From positions 62,870,001 to 62,934,000 of the forward strand of contig OZ076409.1 of NCBI GenBank assembly GCA_964187785.1: 64,000 nucleotides of DNA. The letters are read 5' to 3'. The stretch comes from Amphiscolops sp. MND2022 (lineage: Eukaryota). Below the pieces are notes generated by a model. The model did no database searches. It had not been told where the DNA came from and was given only the letters and a program-made list of their open reading frames with translations. How positions within the stretch are numbered: position 1 is the stretch's first letter; the number at the start of each line of letters is the position of its first letter. The position numbers and the translations under genes were made by a program. Shown here piece after piece: positions 33,801 to 41,445 of this stretch.

Positions 33801-34470
33801 TATTTGATGAGAGTTTATATTGATGAGAGTTCACTAGTATCAGTACTGATTTCCTGTTAGATGATTAATTTCGGACGTTTTTTGAGAATTTTGCTGTCGT
33901 AATTTTTTGATCATGTCAAATATATGTATTTTAAATATAGGTCTGATGTACAATCGTAATCAGTGATTCATCGTTTGATTTTTCGTTTATGACCATTTTG
34001 AATGAGTAATATTTTTTAGATTTAATACGGGTTAGAAAACGAAGGCTTCCACCATTCAGTGATTGAGTCTTGAAATTTTGGCTCCCGAAATTGACGAGAA
34101 TTGCTTTTCAGGACCGCGGCAGAAGAGGAAGAAGCATTGTAATAAAATGACAGTGCCTTTAAATACCGAGGCAGCAAATACTGGCAACAACTCACCGAGG
34201 GGCCAGCAGCAGATACGTGAAGACAACATGAATAACCATTCTTCTCAGAACCACACTTCTAATCCAGCAGACACGGCACTTTCTGACAATTCAGAGAAAG
34301 CGAAGAGGCGACAAAAACACAACGAAGACGATAATGAAAACAACCACCCGAATGACCTTGTGACTTCGGTGTCCTCCCGTTTTTGGGGCCCGTCTTCACA
34401 TGGCGTGTCAGATGACTGTTTGCCTCTCTCGCTGACTGGAGCTGAAATTTTATCGACTTTCGAAGCATAA
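585..34470 (+). CDS. NPC1: NPC1 (Niemann-Pick C1 cholesterol transporter), 5'-partial, 15 exons in window
   Basis: Hand-spliced exons join in frame with GT-AG boundaries and reproduce NPC1 motifs in order: [155 protein letters not shown]. The N-terminal domain is outside the window. Confidence 0.96.
1460..1704 (+). CDS. NPC1: NPC1 exon 2 in window
   Basis: tttag|gtg; VLYLQENIT...[10 protein letters not shown]...FQNSH...HLEACI; donor gtaatt at 1705 (phase 2). Confidence 0.93.
2731..2831 (+). CDS. NPC1: NPC1 exon 3 in window (not in ORF track)
   Basis: ttttag|g; (K)[33 protein letters not shown]; donor gttgat at 2832 (phase 1). Confidence 0.9.
3900..3968 (+). pseudogene. tRNA-derived (Glu-TTC-like) A-box/B-box segment inside a repeat
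   Basis: A box tggtctagtgg 3907-3917; loop ttttcaa; B box tgttcgaaccc 3951-3961; stems imperfect. Confidence 0.6.
4256..4843. mobile_element. piggyBac-type MITE, 588 bp
   Basis: TTAA at 4252-4255 and 4844-4847; TIR cctcgaca/tgtcgagg. Confidence 0.8.
4892..5175 (+). mobile_element. Nested HINE-like element
   Basis: Perfect 12-bp subterminal inverted repeat cacatgacgaag (4894-4905)/cttcgtcatgtg (5136-5147); 5' palindrome; 3' hairpin and ctctgtgtt end almost identical to those of the outer element. Confidence 0.7.
4989..5061 (-). pseudogene. tRNA-derived A-box/B-box segment inside nested HINE
   Basis: Minus strand reads tggcacagtgg...ggttcgaatct at tRNA spacing; no intact cloverleaf. Confidence 0.6.
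5851..6367. mobile_element. Mutator (MULE)-type MITE
   Basis: 9-bp TSD catattttt (5842-5850, 6368-6376); long TIRs built from repeated gacatttcgtaca; GG...CC termini. Confidence 0.85.
8712..9048 (-). mobile_element. HINE-like repeat, family A copy
   Basis: Ends aacaagggaacgtctaatgtcggcgc and gcgccgacta, shared with copies at 36934, 37601, 41061 and 46798. Confidence 0.75.
9407..9506 (+). CDS. NPC1: NPC1 exon 4 in window (not in ORF track)
   Basis: Long pyrimidine tract, ttttag|at; (D)[32 protein letters not shown]; donor gtaaga at 9507 (phase 2). Confidence 0.9.
11119..11456 (+). repeat. 5' LTR (338 bp)
   Basis: tgttgcagag...gtttaaca; identical to 19849-20186. Confidence 0.97.
11163..11235 (+). 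promoter_or_regulatory. tRNA-derived Pol III-type A/B-box module inside the LTR (second copy 19893-19965)
   Basis: A box tagcacggtcgg 11170-11181; B box ggttcgattcc 11214-11224; ungapped resemblance to tRNA-Lys(CTT); T-run at 11269-11273. Confidence 0.65.
11629..12048 (+). other. Accessory reading frame, 139 codons, with 8 in-frame TGA (candidate UGA-recoded or edited ORF, or pseudogene)
   Basis: ATG 11629 to TAG 12046; internal stops are TGA only (11668, 11755, 11818, 11890, 11896, 11905, 11923, 12007); no TAA, TAG or frameshift inside. Confidence 0.55.
12253..12861 (+). CDS. Accessory ORF, 202 aa, SGNH/GDSL hydrolase-like fold
   Basis: First ATG at 12253 in the 12118-12861 frame; ordered blocks [32 protein letters not shown] resemble SGNH blocks I, II, III and V; basic C-terminal tail [15 protein letters not shown]. 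Confidence 0.7.
   Translation: MVFIVAASSLHLAIETLTPDEKERYEGKIVSIPGLSLNPNTKNPKKIVQNLLSKDLKDKKDIVIWHDVLNNSISKHDSNNFRALSVLDLIKTLKSLQDKLCALVYCQRYRTPHIFEELKVLQTDHNIKVFSIVKDFISVKKQKDPEILKQFKALHQSPELELKNLDFVLRKENDLSKITDKSRPKRPSKRARNAAKRAAASF
13281..19685 (+). CDS. BEL/Pao gag-pol polyprotein (2134 aa)
   Basis: Gag [11 protein letters not shown] (DUF1759-like); three Cys/His knuckles; protease [32 protein letters not shown]; RNase H FGDSS, IPKLEL, WTDS, NPAD; integrase HHCC, GIDYFGP, SDNGTNF, GGVWER. Confidence 0.97.
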   Translation: MSDPVNEKVQKLYDSRAKAEADLNRYQKDVTEAVNNADRRVRVERLVTSCEEAMTKAFAKNEQLLELAKKTNDPATVTADLEKWLNVTSIQNDEILRSAREYIDQCPKTDNSSQTSVKATTVKTKSSKNSSSKASKTSSQRQRDLLIAKHKREEVERQNEAALRLAKQKQELELEQLQEENRKRLAEAHLVELELQEDPSEANEDAHEILSRLSRTTDASETRRVSDWVNNSPIVTTTQHETVTAVTASLATSVANTTVSIPSHPPPVNVSQPTFAPGDHNETNVAVQLPTTTVPSMSLNHTPAVQTQTPPFTAQNLGNIGPSTSAVIVQQQVQPTIIPTQTGSFNAQVLPPQTTARMPTFTMPVNHILPNLSAWTFPNPTVTTAPIVTTIPPPTQPTAPTFMPLAHAPTYAAPTVPVTAGGTVYYVPPATVTTPIVYSTAAQPTTSLSPTAATFVPTGTTPIPQPSTTGFSIQDLALLLASTKKDHLPEWKLAQYSGDPLQWHEWFGQFKSAIDAAPLTDDVKLTYLKTLVTGKAKTAISEFAYCGAMYRDALKTLEQKFGQPQTVVTAYLDKLSNFPPVKMHNSESIISYSATICSLVGVFRSLNYLQDLSSASLLGQAVQKLPPNMKEAWSMHTVKRTLDRPTLIDFNDWLKDKAEAHERMKSASTKPKTEDSTTTATKTKTVSKVFASTASSSQQSSNSKSKVEQPPNCVACKDKHPLWRCPVFRKKTPTERARIVADNKLCFSCFNQNHTFRQCPQPRKCTKDGCGSSHNTFLHGADRIFAKKATNVNKDKTETSGCIGTSMNNERSNESSGMPSFADVKGLLQVTEVELHANGKSEKVLALCDSACSHSWISANLATKLNVHGTPTKLTVHGINSNQVVDTQLVELKLTPVHSGGSCSPFVVKPYIREDLKVGTDTIEVELLKTKYPHLQPISLKRYSYADVEMILGQDVFHSIRPLEYFDSDRKNAPVAVRLPLGWVLSGPLPSSSGLYSTCFKAVACNKELDSELADQLRSWYDIESYGAYKQVDSRSAADARALKVLGETTYHDGNRYHVGMLWTEADSSLPNNYFSALVQLKSLERRLDKDPELKQLYAKTIHDDFNKGYITKVDKSDCFKVDQPREWYLPHHPVVHPHKPGKVRRVLNGAAKFQGQSLNNALLTGPDLLQSLIHILIRFRQHKYAVSADIEGMFLQVGVIPKDQPSLRFLWREDPAAEVAVYQYIRHIFGSKDSPTCANYALKRTGSDNQDTFPEAAKSVHRNFYMDDYLESSPTVEEASNKAKDLVALLAKGGFNLTKFVSNIAHLPPDLQQSGELAPTDEKVIPKPDESSHVLGLKWNHACDTLVVSRGTSPATNKKLTQRVVLSVVSAVYDPIGLVAPFTVQARLLLKDIWRLSGQQWDDDLPDEIVTKFNEWSKELPTLSEIQIPRSYFEQRVETLELHMFGDSSQDVFSAVAFLRGKVATATGYTTELAFVFGKARVAPMKALTIPKLELQASLLAARLRKEIENALTVRVDNTFMWTDSTTVLQWLHSLEKQPVFVTNRVAEILELTTVDEWNYVKSSDNPADAGTRGLSANSLRDSPWLKGPSFLRTHDWPFEPPKDVEIRLKAKKSDLPSSDQETSEFLTALSATVIGIATTFEWQKYSSYEKLLRVVAYILRLLPKNEGYRSDSGLVTDPNEMRNAEMRLFYLIQQESFPVELKCLLKQSPVSNSSKLSQFSPFIGPQGLLRATGRTKQLTVSNFDAKHPILLDSRHPAVRLYLEQLHETHCHQGVDYMRALVQQQFAIVKLRTALRSIVSKCVTCRKRRAETLNPIMSDLPRERLAFKERPFTKNGIDYFGPFYVAVKRSTEKRWGFLFTCLTTRAVHFEVVPSMDTSSCVMGIERFAARRGVPSVLWSDNGTNFIASEKELLQNVSAWNQQTLSEALVKKRIHWKFNPPSAPHHGGVWERIVRSFKHVFYAILGNRRLTDEILTTTFCLVEQSLNSRPLVPVSADATDLDALTPNHFLLGTAGSTMPSHQRADVDHKKRYARAQAYSDAIWDRWLRDYVPSLNRRSKWSTQPDRDLKTGDLVWIVETTSPRGHFPLARVVKLNYGTDAIARSAELKTATGNLVRPVVKLAPVLPSPDSPNLT
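19837..19848 (+). promoter_or_regulatory. Polypurine-tract-like sequence
   Basis: gggcccggagga immediately before the 3' LTR. Confidence 0.7.
19849..20186 (+). repeat. 3' LTR (338 bp)
   Basis: Identical to the 5' LTR; followed by TSD ttgct. Confidence 0.97.
20413..20623 (+). CDS. NPC1: NPC1 exon 5 in window (start of sterol-sensing domain)
   Basis: aag|g acceptor fits phase 2; YLKTVQKF...[11 protein letters not shown]...[14 protein letters not shown]...LVDVK; donor gtcagg at 20624. Confidence 0.9.
21007..21177 (+). CDS. NPC1: NPC1 exon 6 in window (sterol-sensing domain)
   Basis: ttttag|gtc; VTLGVGGV...[23 protein letters not shown]; donor gtaagt. Confidence 0.95.
21873..22118 (+). CDS. 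NPC1: NPC1 exon 7 in window (sterol-sensing domain)
   Basis: tgtag|aga; RYRPE...VAPSMLLSS...[12 protein letters not shown]...DAKRQR; donor gtatca. Confidence 0.93.
22497..22724 (+). CDS. NPC1: NPC1 exon 8 in window
   Basis: aag|gat; DARLDVVCC...[11 protein letters not shown]; donor gtgagt. Confidence 0.92.
23001..23269 (+). CDS. NPC1: NPC1 exon 9 in window (cysteine-rich luminal domain)
   Basis: tttcag|gat; DSYMRDYF...GSPVYFV...SWIDDFIDW...CC; donor gtgcga (phase 2). Confidence 0.94.
23949..24107 (+). CDS. NPC1: NPC1 exon 10 in window (not in ORF track)
   Basis: tatag|g; [13 protein letters not shown]...[15 protein letters not shown]; donor gtaaat (phase 2). Confidence 0.92.
24908..25497. 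mobile_element. piggyBac-type MITE, 590 bp, copy 1
   Basis: TTAA on both sides; 14-bp TIR ccttaagttggcca/tggccaagttaagg with one mismatch. Confidence 0.88.
25623..26212. mobile_element. piggyBac-type MITE, 590 bp, copy 2
   Basis: TTAA on both sides; differs from copy 1 at one position seen (caaacc vs caaacg). Confidence 0.88.
26413..26545. repeat. Foldback repeat of the ggaataagatct motif (probable small MITE)
   Basis: Four direct copies followed by two inverted copies; termini not clean. Confidence 0.5.
26651..26881 (+). CDS. NPC1: NPC1 exon 11 in window (not in ORF track)
   Basis: tttcag|a; GKAAYSSSV...[17 protein letters not shown]...VYPY; donor gttagt (phase 2). Confidence 0.93.
27151..27507. 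mobile_element. hAT-type MITE, 357 bp
   Basis: Perfect 11-bp TIR cagaggtgtga/tcacacctctg; 8-bp TSD taaaccac (27143-27150, 27508-27515); many subterminal cgcta motifs. Confidence 0.9.
28405..28754 (-). mobile_element. HINE-like repeat, variant of family A
   Basis: aacaagccggcac...aaggctcaaaa start and aaaagcgcagacta end. Confidence 0.65.
30668..30899 (+). CDS. NPC1: NPC1 exon 12 in window
   Basis: tttag|t; [10 protein letters not shown]...[11 protein letters not shown]; donor gtcagt. Confidence 0.95.
31254..31367 (+). CDS. NPC1: NPC1 exon 13 in window (not in ORF track)
   Basis: tttcag|gcg; [14 protein letters not shown]...EMGSS; donor gtaagt. Confidence 0.95.
31675..31837 (+). CDS. NPC1: NPC1 exon 14 in window
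   Basis: tttcag|gtg; [12 protein letters not shown]...[13 protein letters not shown]; donor gtcagt (phase 1). Confidence 0.95.
34112..34470 (+). CDS. NPC1: NPC1 terminal coding exon (cytoplasmic tail)
   Basis: ttttcag|ga completes the conserved SYIGP; open to TAA at 34468-34470. Confidence 0.85.
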
Positions 34471-34500
34471 AACGATGATAAATACAAATGTGAAATATTG

Positions 34501-34506
34501 AATAAA
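34501..34506 (+). promoter_or_regulatory. Candidate NPC1 polyadenylation signal AATAAA
   Basis: First AATAAA, 30 nt after the stop codon; usage untested. Confidence 0.4.
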
Positions 34507-36933
34507 TTATTAATAACTGTTGTCACGGTAGTTGAAAATGCTGTATGGCTTTGGCCCAAAGTTGAAATGAAGACTTTAAATACTTATTTGTCCCAGTCAG
34601 TACCAAGCATCCCTTTGCCTATGTGTGCTACAATACCTCAAGTCTGATCGATTTCTGATCTTGCAATAGTTTCAAGATGTCGCCAAATTAAAAATACGAG
34701 TTTGTGCATTGCTCTTGTTTTTACTGTGGTATGTAGTTTACAAAATAATGTAATTTTCTCTAAATTGTGAATACAAAATGACAGCTATGTCGGACTGCTA
34801 AATTGCTAAATAGAGTTGTTTTTGTTAGTTTCCAAGACTGCTTTTTGTCTCAATTCCATAGTGCTATAAACAAGAATGACATGAATGTTTATTGCATTCA
34901 CATCCATGTTTCTATTTGACCTTGCTTCATATCTCATTTGGCATTTTTTCTGAGCCATTTTGAATTATTGGGCAAAATTAGTTTTCACACTGACACAGTG
35001 ATATAATGCCGAATTATGAAACAATTCCGTAAAAGTTTTTATGAAAAGAAGGCTCGGTTGCATGAAAGATGAGGATGAAAATAGCTTTTACTGATAGCCA
35101 TGGCTAGCTTTCTCCCGCTGTGTACCACTGGCTATGTATGCTCGCCTGTGCCTGTTGTTCATTGCTAGTGCGTGATCGATCACGTGATGTTTGATCATTT
35201 GCTAGCTGGGTGATCAGGTGTTCCGGACAAGGACACCCGACACGCTTTCATCTTCCATTCCAATTAATATTAAAGTGTTCGCAATCACCCAACAACCCCC
35301 CCCCCCTCAATCTCATTTCACACACTCAATAAAATGTATGCGTTGACGTATTTCTCCATTTCAAAGCTGTTTCACAAACGAACCCACGCAAATTGTTCTC
35401 TACATGTACATGTTCTCTTCATATCCCATGTTTTGAAGAAAGCCGGCAGTTGCCAGCATGGTGGTTCGTAGAAAAGATGATGAAATTCAGAGCTCAATTC
35501 AGAGAGAATGCCGATGAAATAGTTATCATAATTCGACGATGTAAATGTGAAAATATGCTGTAAATAAGGGTGTTCGGGAACTTGCTACTAGGAGGTTTGC
35601 TACTAGGACTAGCTAGAATTGTTTGATCGGCAGTTGCAAGTCGACGTTAATTGAGGTAAGCCTCACACAATCTTTTGATTAAAAAAAATAGAAAATGACG
35701 TCTGATTCACTTCAATCTAGTACGATCTTGGGGTGGGTTTTTAATGACGTTTTTGAATTGTCTTTGAAATAGCATATATTTTTCTATTCCATTTTTTTGT
35801 CGAATCATCCAAATTGTAAATATTGCCAAATGTCTGCTTAATATTTATGCATGAAGAATTCTCACTCCCTCATCAATGTTGCCGGGCTAATGGTACCTTA
35901 AATTTCACTAGCTCATTCTTTTACCCGCACCCCGAAGTACACTTTCCCCATTTCAGCCTCCCTACGCTACTCCTACCCACGCATCCCTTTTTGATTGTGC
36001 GCTCGTCCATCCAAGGAAACCAACCTAAAGGGGAAACCAAAGTGCTCATCCCGCTCCTCGATTATACCCTGTCTCTCAACTCCATCGAGTCGAACGTCCT
36101 GTCGCTCCTCAATTGGTAGATTGTGCATTTCATCTCAATTCCATACATGTTACATTTGTCGTCTATTTTTTATCATGAAACTCAAGTCTGCTTGTATCTC
36201 AGCCGGCCTTCCAATAAGCATCAAAACTTTGCGTAGAAGATGATGACATTCTATGCATCTTCTTTGTCAATTGTTGATGCAAAAGTGTGCAAAGCTTCTT
36301 CTTCCCTTTCACTGTTAAACTAAAATGCTCTGCAAACTGAGGAAGCCTAATTTCCATATTTTTTCTCATGTAATTGTTTTGGTTCCGTTACGATACAAAT
36401 CTGTACATCTCATTCTATTCATTTCCAATGGCTCTCTCTGATCAGCTCTGGATCGTATTCTTTTCCATTTAAATACACATGAACACTTTGACATGCCCAT
36501 TTTGAAGCATGATTTTGAACTGCCTCTCATATCCAGATTTTATAACTAGCTCATCTAAATTTTTAATACAATTTGAGAAGTTCCTTAGGAGATAATAAAA
36601 ATTTTGAGAAAAGCAAAAAACAGTGAAAGGGGATAAAGATTAACGGTGAATCTATACGCTTGCTCATTATCACAGAAAATGAATATCATTACCATTTTAA
36701 AGCAATGTTCAGAATAAATAAAATGTTTAATTTGGCTCGAACTGAACACATGTTTTGTCAAATGTGGAAAATAAATTTTGCAAATCATTTTCATGCGCAT
36801 GTGTTTTTGTTCATGTTCGACACCAAATGAGCATTTCGGAATTACTTATTTGTTTATCAATAGTTTTCAATCATATATTTAGTTCATATTTTAGTATGAG
36901 ACAATGTCTTGAATTTGAGAAAAGTCTGTTTTT

Positions 36934-37436
36934 TGTCGGCGCTTTTCTAGTGGAAAGTGCCCGACACTTACAGTGGCTAGTTTTTTTTTTTCGTCAGACT
37001 ACAATCTCACTCTGATTGGGCCACTTTTCTTACAATCGAAACTACTAAAACTACTAGCATAAGGCCAAGTCCGGTCAGCGGAAATTAGTGCAAAAGGTCC
37101 CCCCTTTCATATTTTACTATTTTACCGTAGCCTACAAAACCGGACGAGACTAAAGGGTCCCCCTTTCAATTTTTTTTCGGCATTGTGCGACTTTTTTTCA
37201 AAAATTTTTTAATGTATCAAAAGAGTCCCTTTCGAGTTTTTTGATATTTTGCAACAGAATATATGTTGATGAAGCCCAAAGGGTCCCCCCTTTTACATTT
37301 TTCGGCACTATGCGACATTTTCTGAAAGAAAAAATATTCGAAAATTTTTTTGAAAAAAAATTTTTTTGAAAAAAAAAATTTTTGCGCTTCTTGAGCCTTA
37401 GATATAGCGCCGACTTTAGACGTTCCCGTCTTGTTT
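36934..37436 (+). mobile_element. HINE-like repeat, family A copy
   Basis: 5' gtcggcgc; 3' gcgccgact + hairpin agacg-ttcc-cgtct + tgttt; T-rich flanks; no TSD. Confidence 0.8.
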
Positions 37437-37600
37437 GAGTGAAACGTGACTTGATAGTTTGTTCGGCCGATATCATACCAGTATTGTCGAAACCAGATTC
37501 ATTAATTTTCAAAACGTGAAAATTTTCAATTAATCGAAATTTAATTTACTTCATAGAATAAGGACTTCTCCCATCTTGCGGGCTGTTTTTCCTTGATTTT

Positions 37601-38184
37601 TAGTCGGCGCTTTTCTAGTGAAAAGTGCCCGACACTTACAGTGGCTAGTTTTTAGTCGGCGCCTTTTCCCTTAAGGAAAAAAGCCCGACTATTACAGTGG
37701 GTAGTTTTTTTTCTTTTTCAGCCTACAATCTCACTCTGAATGGTCCACTTTTTACAATTTGTTCATCTGTTCTGTTGTTCATCTTCGACTAAATTTCTGA
37801 AGCCGGAGAGCGGGGGTTCGATTCTCGCACTAAACCATAATATTTTTATGCTTCCAAAAGTACAGCAGGTGAGACCAAAGGGTCCCCCTTTGGGTTTTTT
37901 CGGCACTATGCGACTTTTTTTCGAAAATTTTCGGATTCTATCAAAGGGTAACCCCTTGCATTTTTTTGAAGTTTTCGGTTTGTAAAAACGATTAATGAGC
38001 CTGAATGGCCTCTTTTTGAGTTTTTCGGCATTGTGCGACTTTCTAAAAAAATACTTTTTTTCAAAAAAAAAAATTCAAAAAAATTTTTTGAAAAAAATAA
38101 TTTTTCCAAATGTTTCCAATAGTTGTTCTTTGAATATTTTTGAGCCTTAGATATAGCGCCGACTTTAGACGTTCCTGTCTTGTT
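37601..38184 (+). mobile_element. HINE-like repeat, family A copy with doubled 5' end
   Basis: tagtcggcgc at 37601 and again at 37653; same 3' end structure. Confidence 0.8.
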
Positions 38185-38399
38185 TTGGTTTTCGGTAATA
38201 GCCGCTGATGAAATTTCTCGAAGAGAAACCCGACTGTATCAGTGGCTTCTTAAAGACCAGCGAACTGACACTTCTATAAATAATTCTATAATTATAAGCT
38301 GCTACCACTTAGCTGTAACTTAGTAACATCTAACTGCCACTTGGCCAAGAGGTTAACGCGGATTTTCTGATGTCGTGGAAGCAGAAAGACGTGGGTGCG

Positions 38400-38800
38400 C
38401 GACGTTTTCCCTAGTTTTTCAAAGGGTACCCCCTCACTTTCATAACTGATTTCATCTTTTTATTATTCCTGCTTTAGCAGGAATATTATTGAAATCTCGA
38501 AAGGTCTGCTTTTTTTTCAGTACAATTCTTGGCACGATACTGAATAATTCAGATATTTTATGAGCTGAAAGCTTTTTTTCGGCACCATGAGACTGTATTT
38601 TTTCGGCACTATATTTCAAAAATTTTTATCAAACTGGGATTTTCGATTTTTCGAGTTGGGGAAAAGCAGTTTTCGAGCCTTGTGGGTATCCCTTCGGGTA
38701 TTTTTTGGCCCTGTAAATTAGACAAAATTTTCACAATTGTGTTCTTTTGCACACATAAGAAAAGAGCGGGGCGCCGACTTGGGCCGTTACCGGCTTGTTT
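38400..38800 (+). mobile_element. Degenerate HINE-like copy
   Basis: Internal ttttcggcact motifs; 3' end gcgccgacttgg + gccg-ttac-cggc + ttgttt; 5' boundary approximate. Confidence 0.6.
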
Positions 38801-40012
38801 CGGTTATCTGCGACTCTTTCGACCTTCGTTTTAGTTTCAAGAGAGACTCTTCGAGTACTGCAATATTTTGTAGCCGCGTAGAAGCTGAATTTTCACTATT
38901 GGACTGATTTTCTTTGGGTTAAAGCTATGGAATCTAAGAAGCTCATCAGCTATTTGGAGGGACTTGAGGGCATTCAGATATCGAACCGGTTCCCCATTGC
39001 GGTCGTTCCCTATTTGCTACTGACTAGCCCTTATTACTGGCTCAATAAGGACGACTACTGGAAAATTAGAAAGCTTACTTGCAAAGAAAGTGAATCTGGA
39101 ACTGCATAAGCCGAATTCATCTGTTAACAGCGATTTTAAATAATTCGGCGTAAGCTGGATTATTGAAATGCTGATAGCTTTTGAGGAGCACCAAACCCAG
39201 TTTTCATTGTATTTACATGATGACATTGTATTTACTTACGGCAGCTAGTGATATAGTTACTGATGGAAAGCTACCATCGATTCGAGAAATTGAAAGCTCG
39301 GTGAGAGGGACAGGAGCTCTGACAATATTCAAAAGAGTGGAAGCTAAAATAGTCATTCACAAGAAACGAGAATTTATCACAAAACGGGAAGCTTGTAGCC
39401 GAGTTTTTAGTGGGCGCTTTTGTAGAAAGCAGACTATAGTACTGTTTTTTTAAAGACAGACGAAATGACAGATTTTATAAGCAATGTTGGCGATGTGTCT
39501 TGTGACAATATAAATACTACATTTGAGCTGTAAAAAGTGCTAAGGAGTCGCCTTCGACAATAACACAACACATACCGGATTTAAGGCAAACCGGTTATAA
39601 CGTTTACCGGGGTATAACGTTTCTTGTAGAATTTTTCAATGTTACAAAAGGGTTTTCTGATTTCAAGGATAATTATAAGTACTCTTTGTTTCGTATGTTA
39701 TCAATATCAATAGTTCTCATTCTCAGTGAGGAAACACAATGAAAGTCAAAAGTTGTAGTTATGAGTCTATGAGTCTTTTCAGTGACATGTTCCGCCCCCT
39801 TAGCTGCAGGGTCGATGCAGTAGTAAGTGGTTGGGTGTCAGTGGCCCTTCATTCTCTGGCTGATCGGCAACATGAAACAGTCGGCGGGAATTTAGCATCA
39901 GCTCTATTTCTACTAAAATGGTGAAAAAATTTCAAAGTGAGCTGCGATCCTAGGATGATCACAAGTGTTCAATTGGCTGTCTGGAACATCCTCACCCATG
40001 CTCCATCGAAAC

Positions 40013-40059
40013 GGGGAGATGACGGTGGGTTGAAATCGCATTGCATATCGGCAGTTTGC
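40013..40059 (+). repeat. 47-bp dispersed repeat (second copy 41720-41766)
   Basis: ggggagatgacggtgggttgaaatcgcattgcatatcggcagtttgc; two mismatches between copies. Confidence 0.8.
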
Positions 40060-40129
40060 GGGTATTTCTCTTTGGAATAAGTAATCCGTTCAAGTTGTCC
40101 TGAAGGAAACGAAAAACACTTGAATAAAT

Positions 40130-40755
40130 GAGTGGAAAGTTTATTGATTTTCTTCAAAAAAGTGCAAAGCCTGAAAAGCAAACGCATGACACTTTGGGCC
40201 AAAATAACTCATTTTCTCAACCGAAAACAAGCCGGCAACAACCCAAATACACACCCAGCTTGTGGATCAGGGCGAAATCTTTCAAAGATTCATTTCAAGT
40301 TGAAATGTGCTCGAGAGCAATCAATGAACAAACTATTTTCACTAGTTAACGCTCGCCCCACATATCTTAAGCGTGAACTGCGAGACTTGATAACTCTAAA
40401 CAGTTTAATTCCAATTTCTGTTTCGTTACTGACTAGTGCGACACCTTCAAAGTCATATCCCAGACAAAGTGCTGAAAGAAAATATGAAAGATCGGAAATG
40501 GGAATTACGTACACCAAATTCAGTTTACCTGGAAATCGGAGAAACCTTTTTGTCTTCCGGGTACTCTGTCAACTTGCATCTGAACCCACAAACTATCAAG
40601 AAGCTCAAGTTAAGAAGTAGAAAAATTTTCTTGAAATTGGACCTTATGGTACACCATCATTGATGTATTGAATACAGTCTTTAGGAAAAAAATTCAAATG
40701 GTTACTAAAGTCAGCTCGTTCGCATTTATGTAACTGCGAGAAAACAATTATCCCT
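40130..40755 (+). pseudogene. Possible decayed 3' end of a LINE ORF2
   Basis: KFSLPGNRRNLFVFRVLCQL and terminal HLCNC resemble CR1/L2-type C-termini; no RT motif visible. Confidence 0.3.
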
Positions 40756-41060
40756 CACATTTTAAGATTAATAGAAGTCATAGCATGTTTCGAAGCTAGA
40801 AACATGTTTCTCGATATGTATGAACAAATTCTCCAGTTAGAACAAGTCACGCTGATTCGTATTTCAGCGGGAGTTAATCATTAAATTCAGATGTTTGTTT
40901 TGTAAATCACTTATGAGTTATCTTCTCTGAATACAGTTGAATTGATACTACCAACTCTTCGTCTCACTCGGCCTCAAAACGTTATGCTGCCTTAACCAAT
41001 CATCTGAAACTAAGGTTGCTGTCAACTTTCGATGAGAACTCACTTGCCAAAGATAGAGTG

Positions 41061-41445
41061 AACAAGCCGGGAACGGCCCAAGTCGGCGCCATATCTAAGG
41101 CTCAAAAAGACTCGAAAACCACTTTTTCTGCAACTGGAGACAGCAAAAGCTCTCAAAAAACTAAAAATTGAGAAAAAAAATTTCCGAATTTTTTTTGAAA
41201 TTTTTTTTCGAAGTTTCCGGTAAGTCGCATAGTGCCGAAAAATGTAAAAGGGGCGACGCCTATTATCTCATGTTAGACGCTTTGGATGCGTTGAAAATGA
41301 AGTACTAAGTGCATATGGTAAAAGATGGTAAATGTGCATTAATTGCAATAATGCACAAAAAGTACACGTTACGCGTTGAACTGACGAAAAAAAGAGAAAA
41401 ACTAGCCACTGTAAGAGTCGGGATTTTCTTCGAAAACGCCGACTA
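41061..41445 (-). mobile_element. HINE-like copy in the copia 5' region
   Basis: aacaagccgggaacggcccaagtcggcgcc start; aacgccgacta end. Confidence 0.75.

Noticed and set aside
35180..35187. TCACGTGA as a TFEB/CLEAR site for NPC1
   Set aside because: A single 8-mer located 3' of the gene; compatible with chance.
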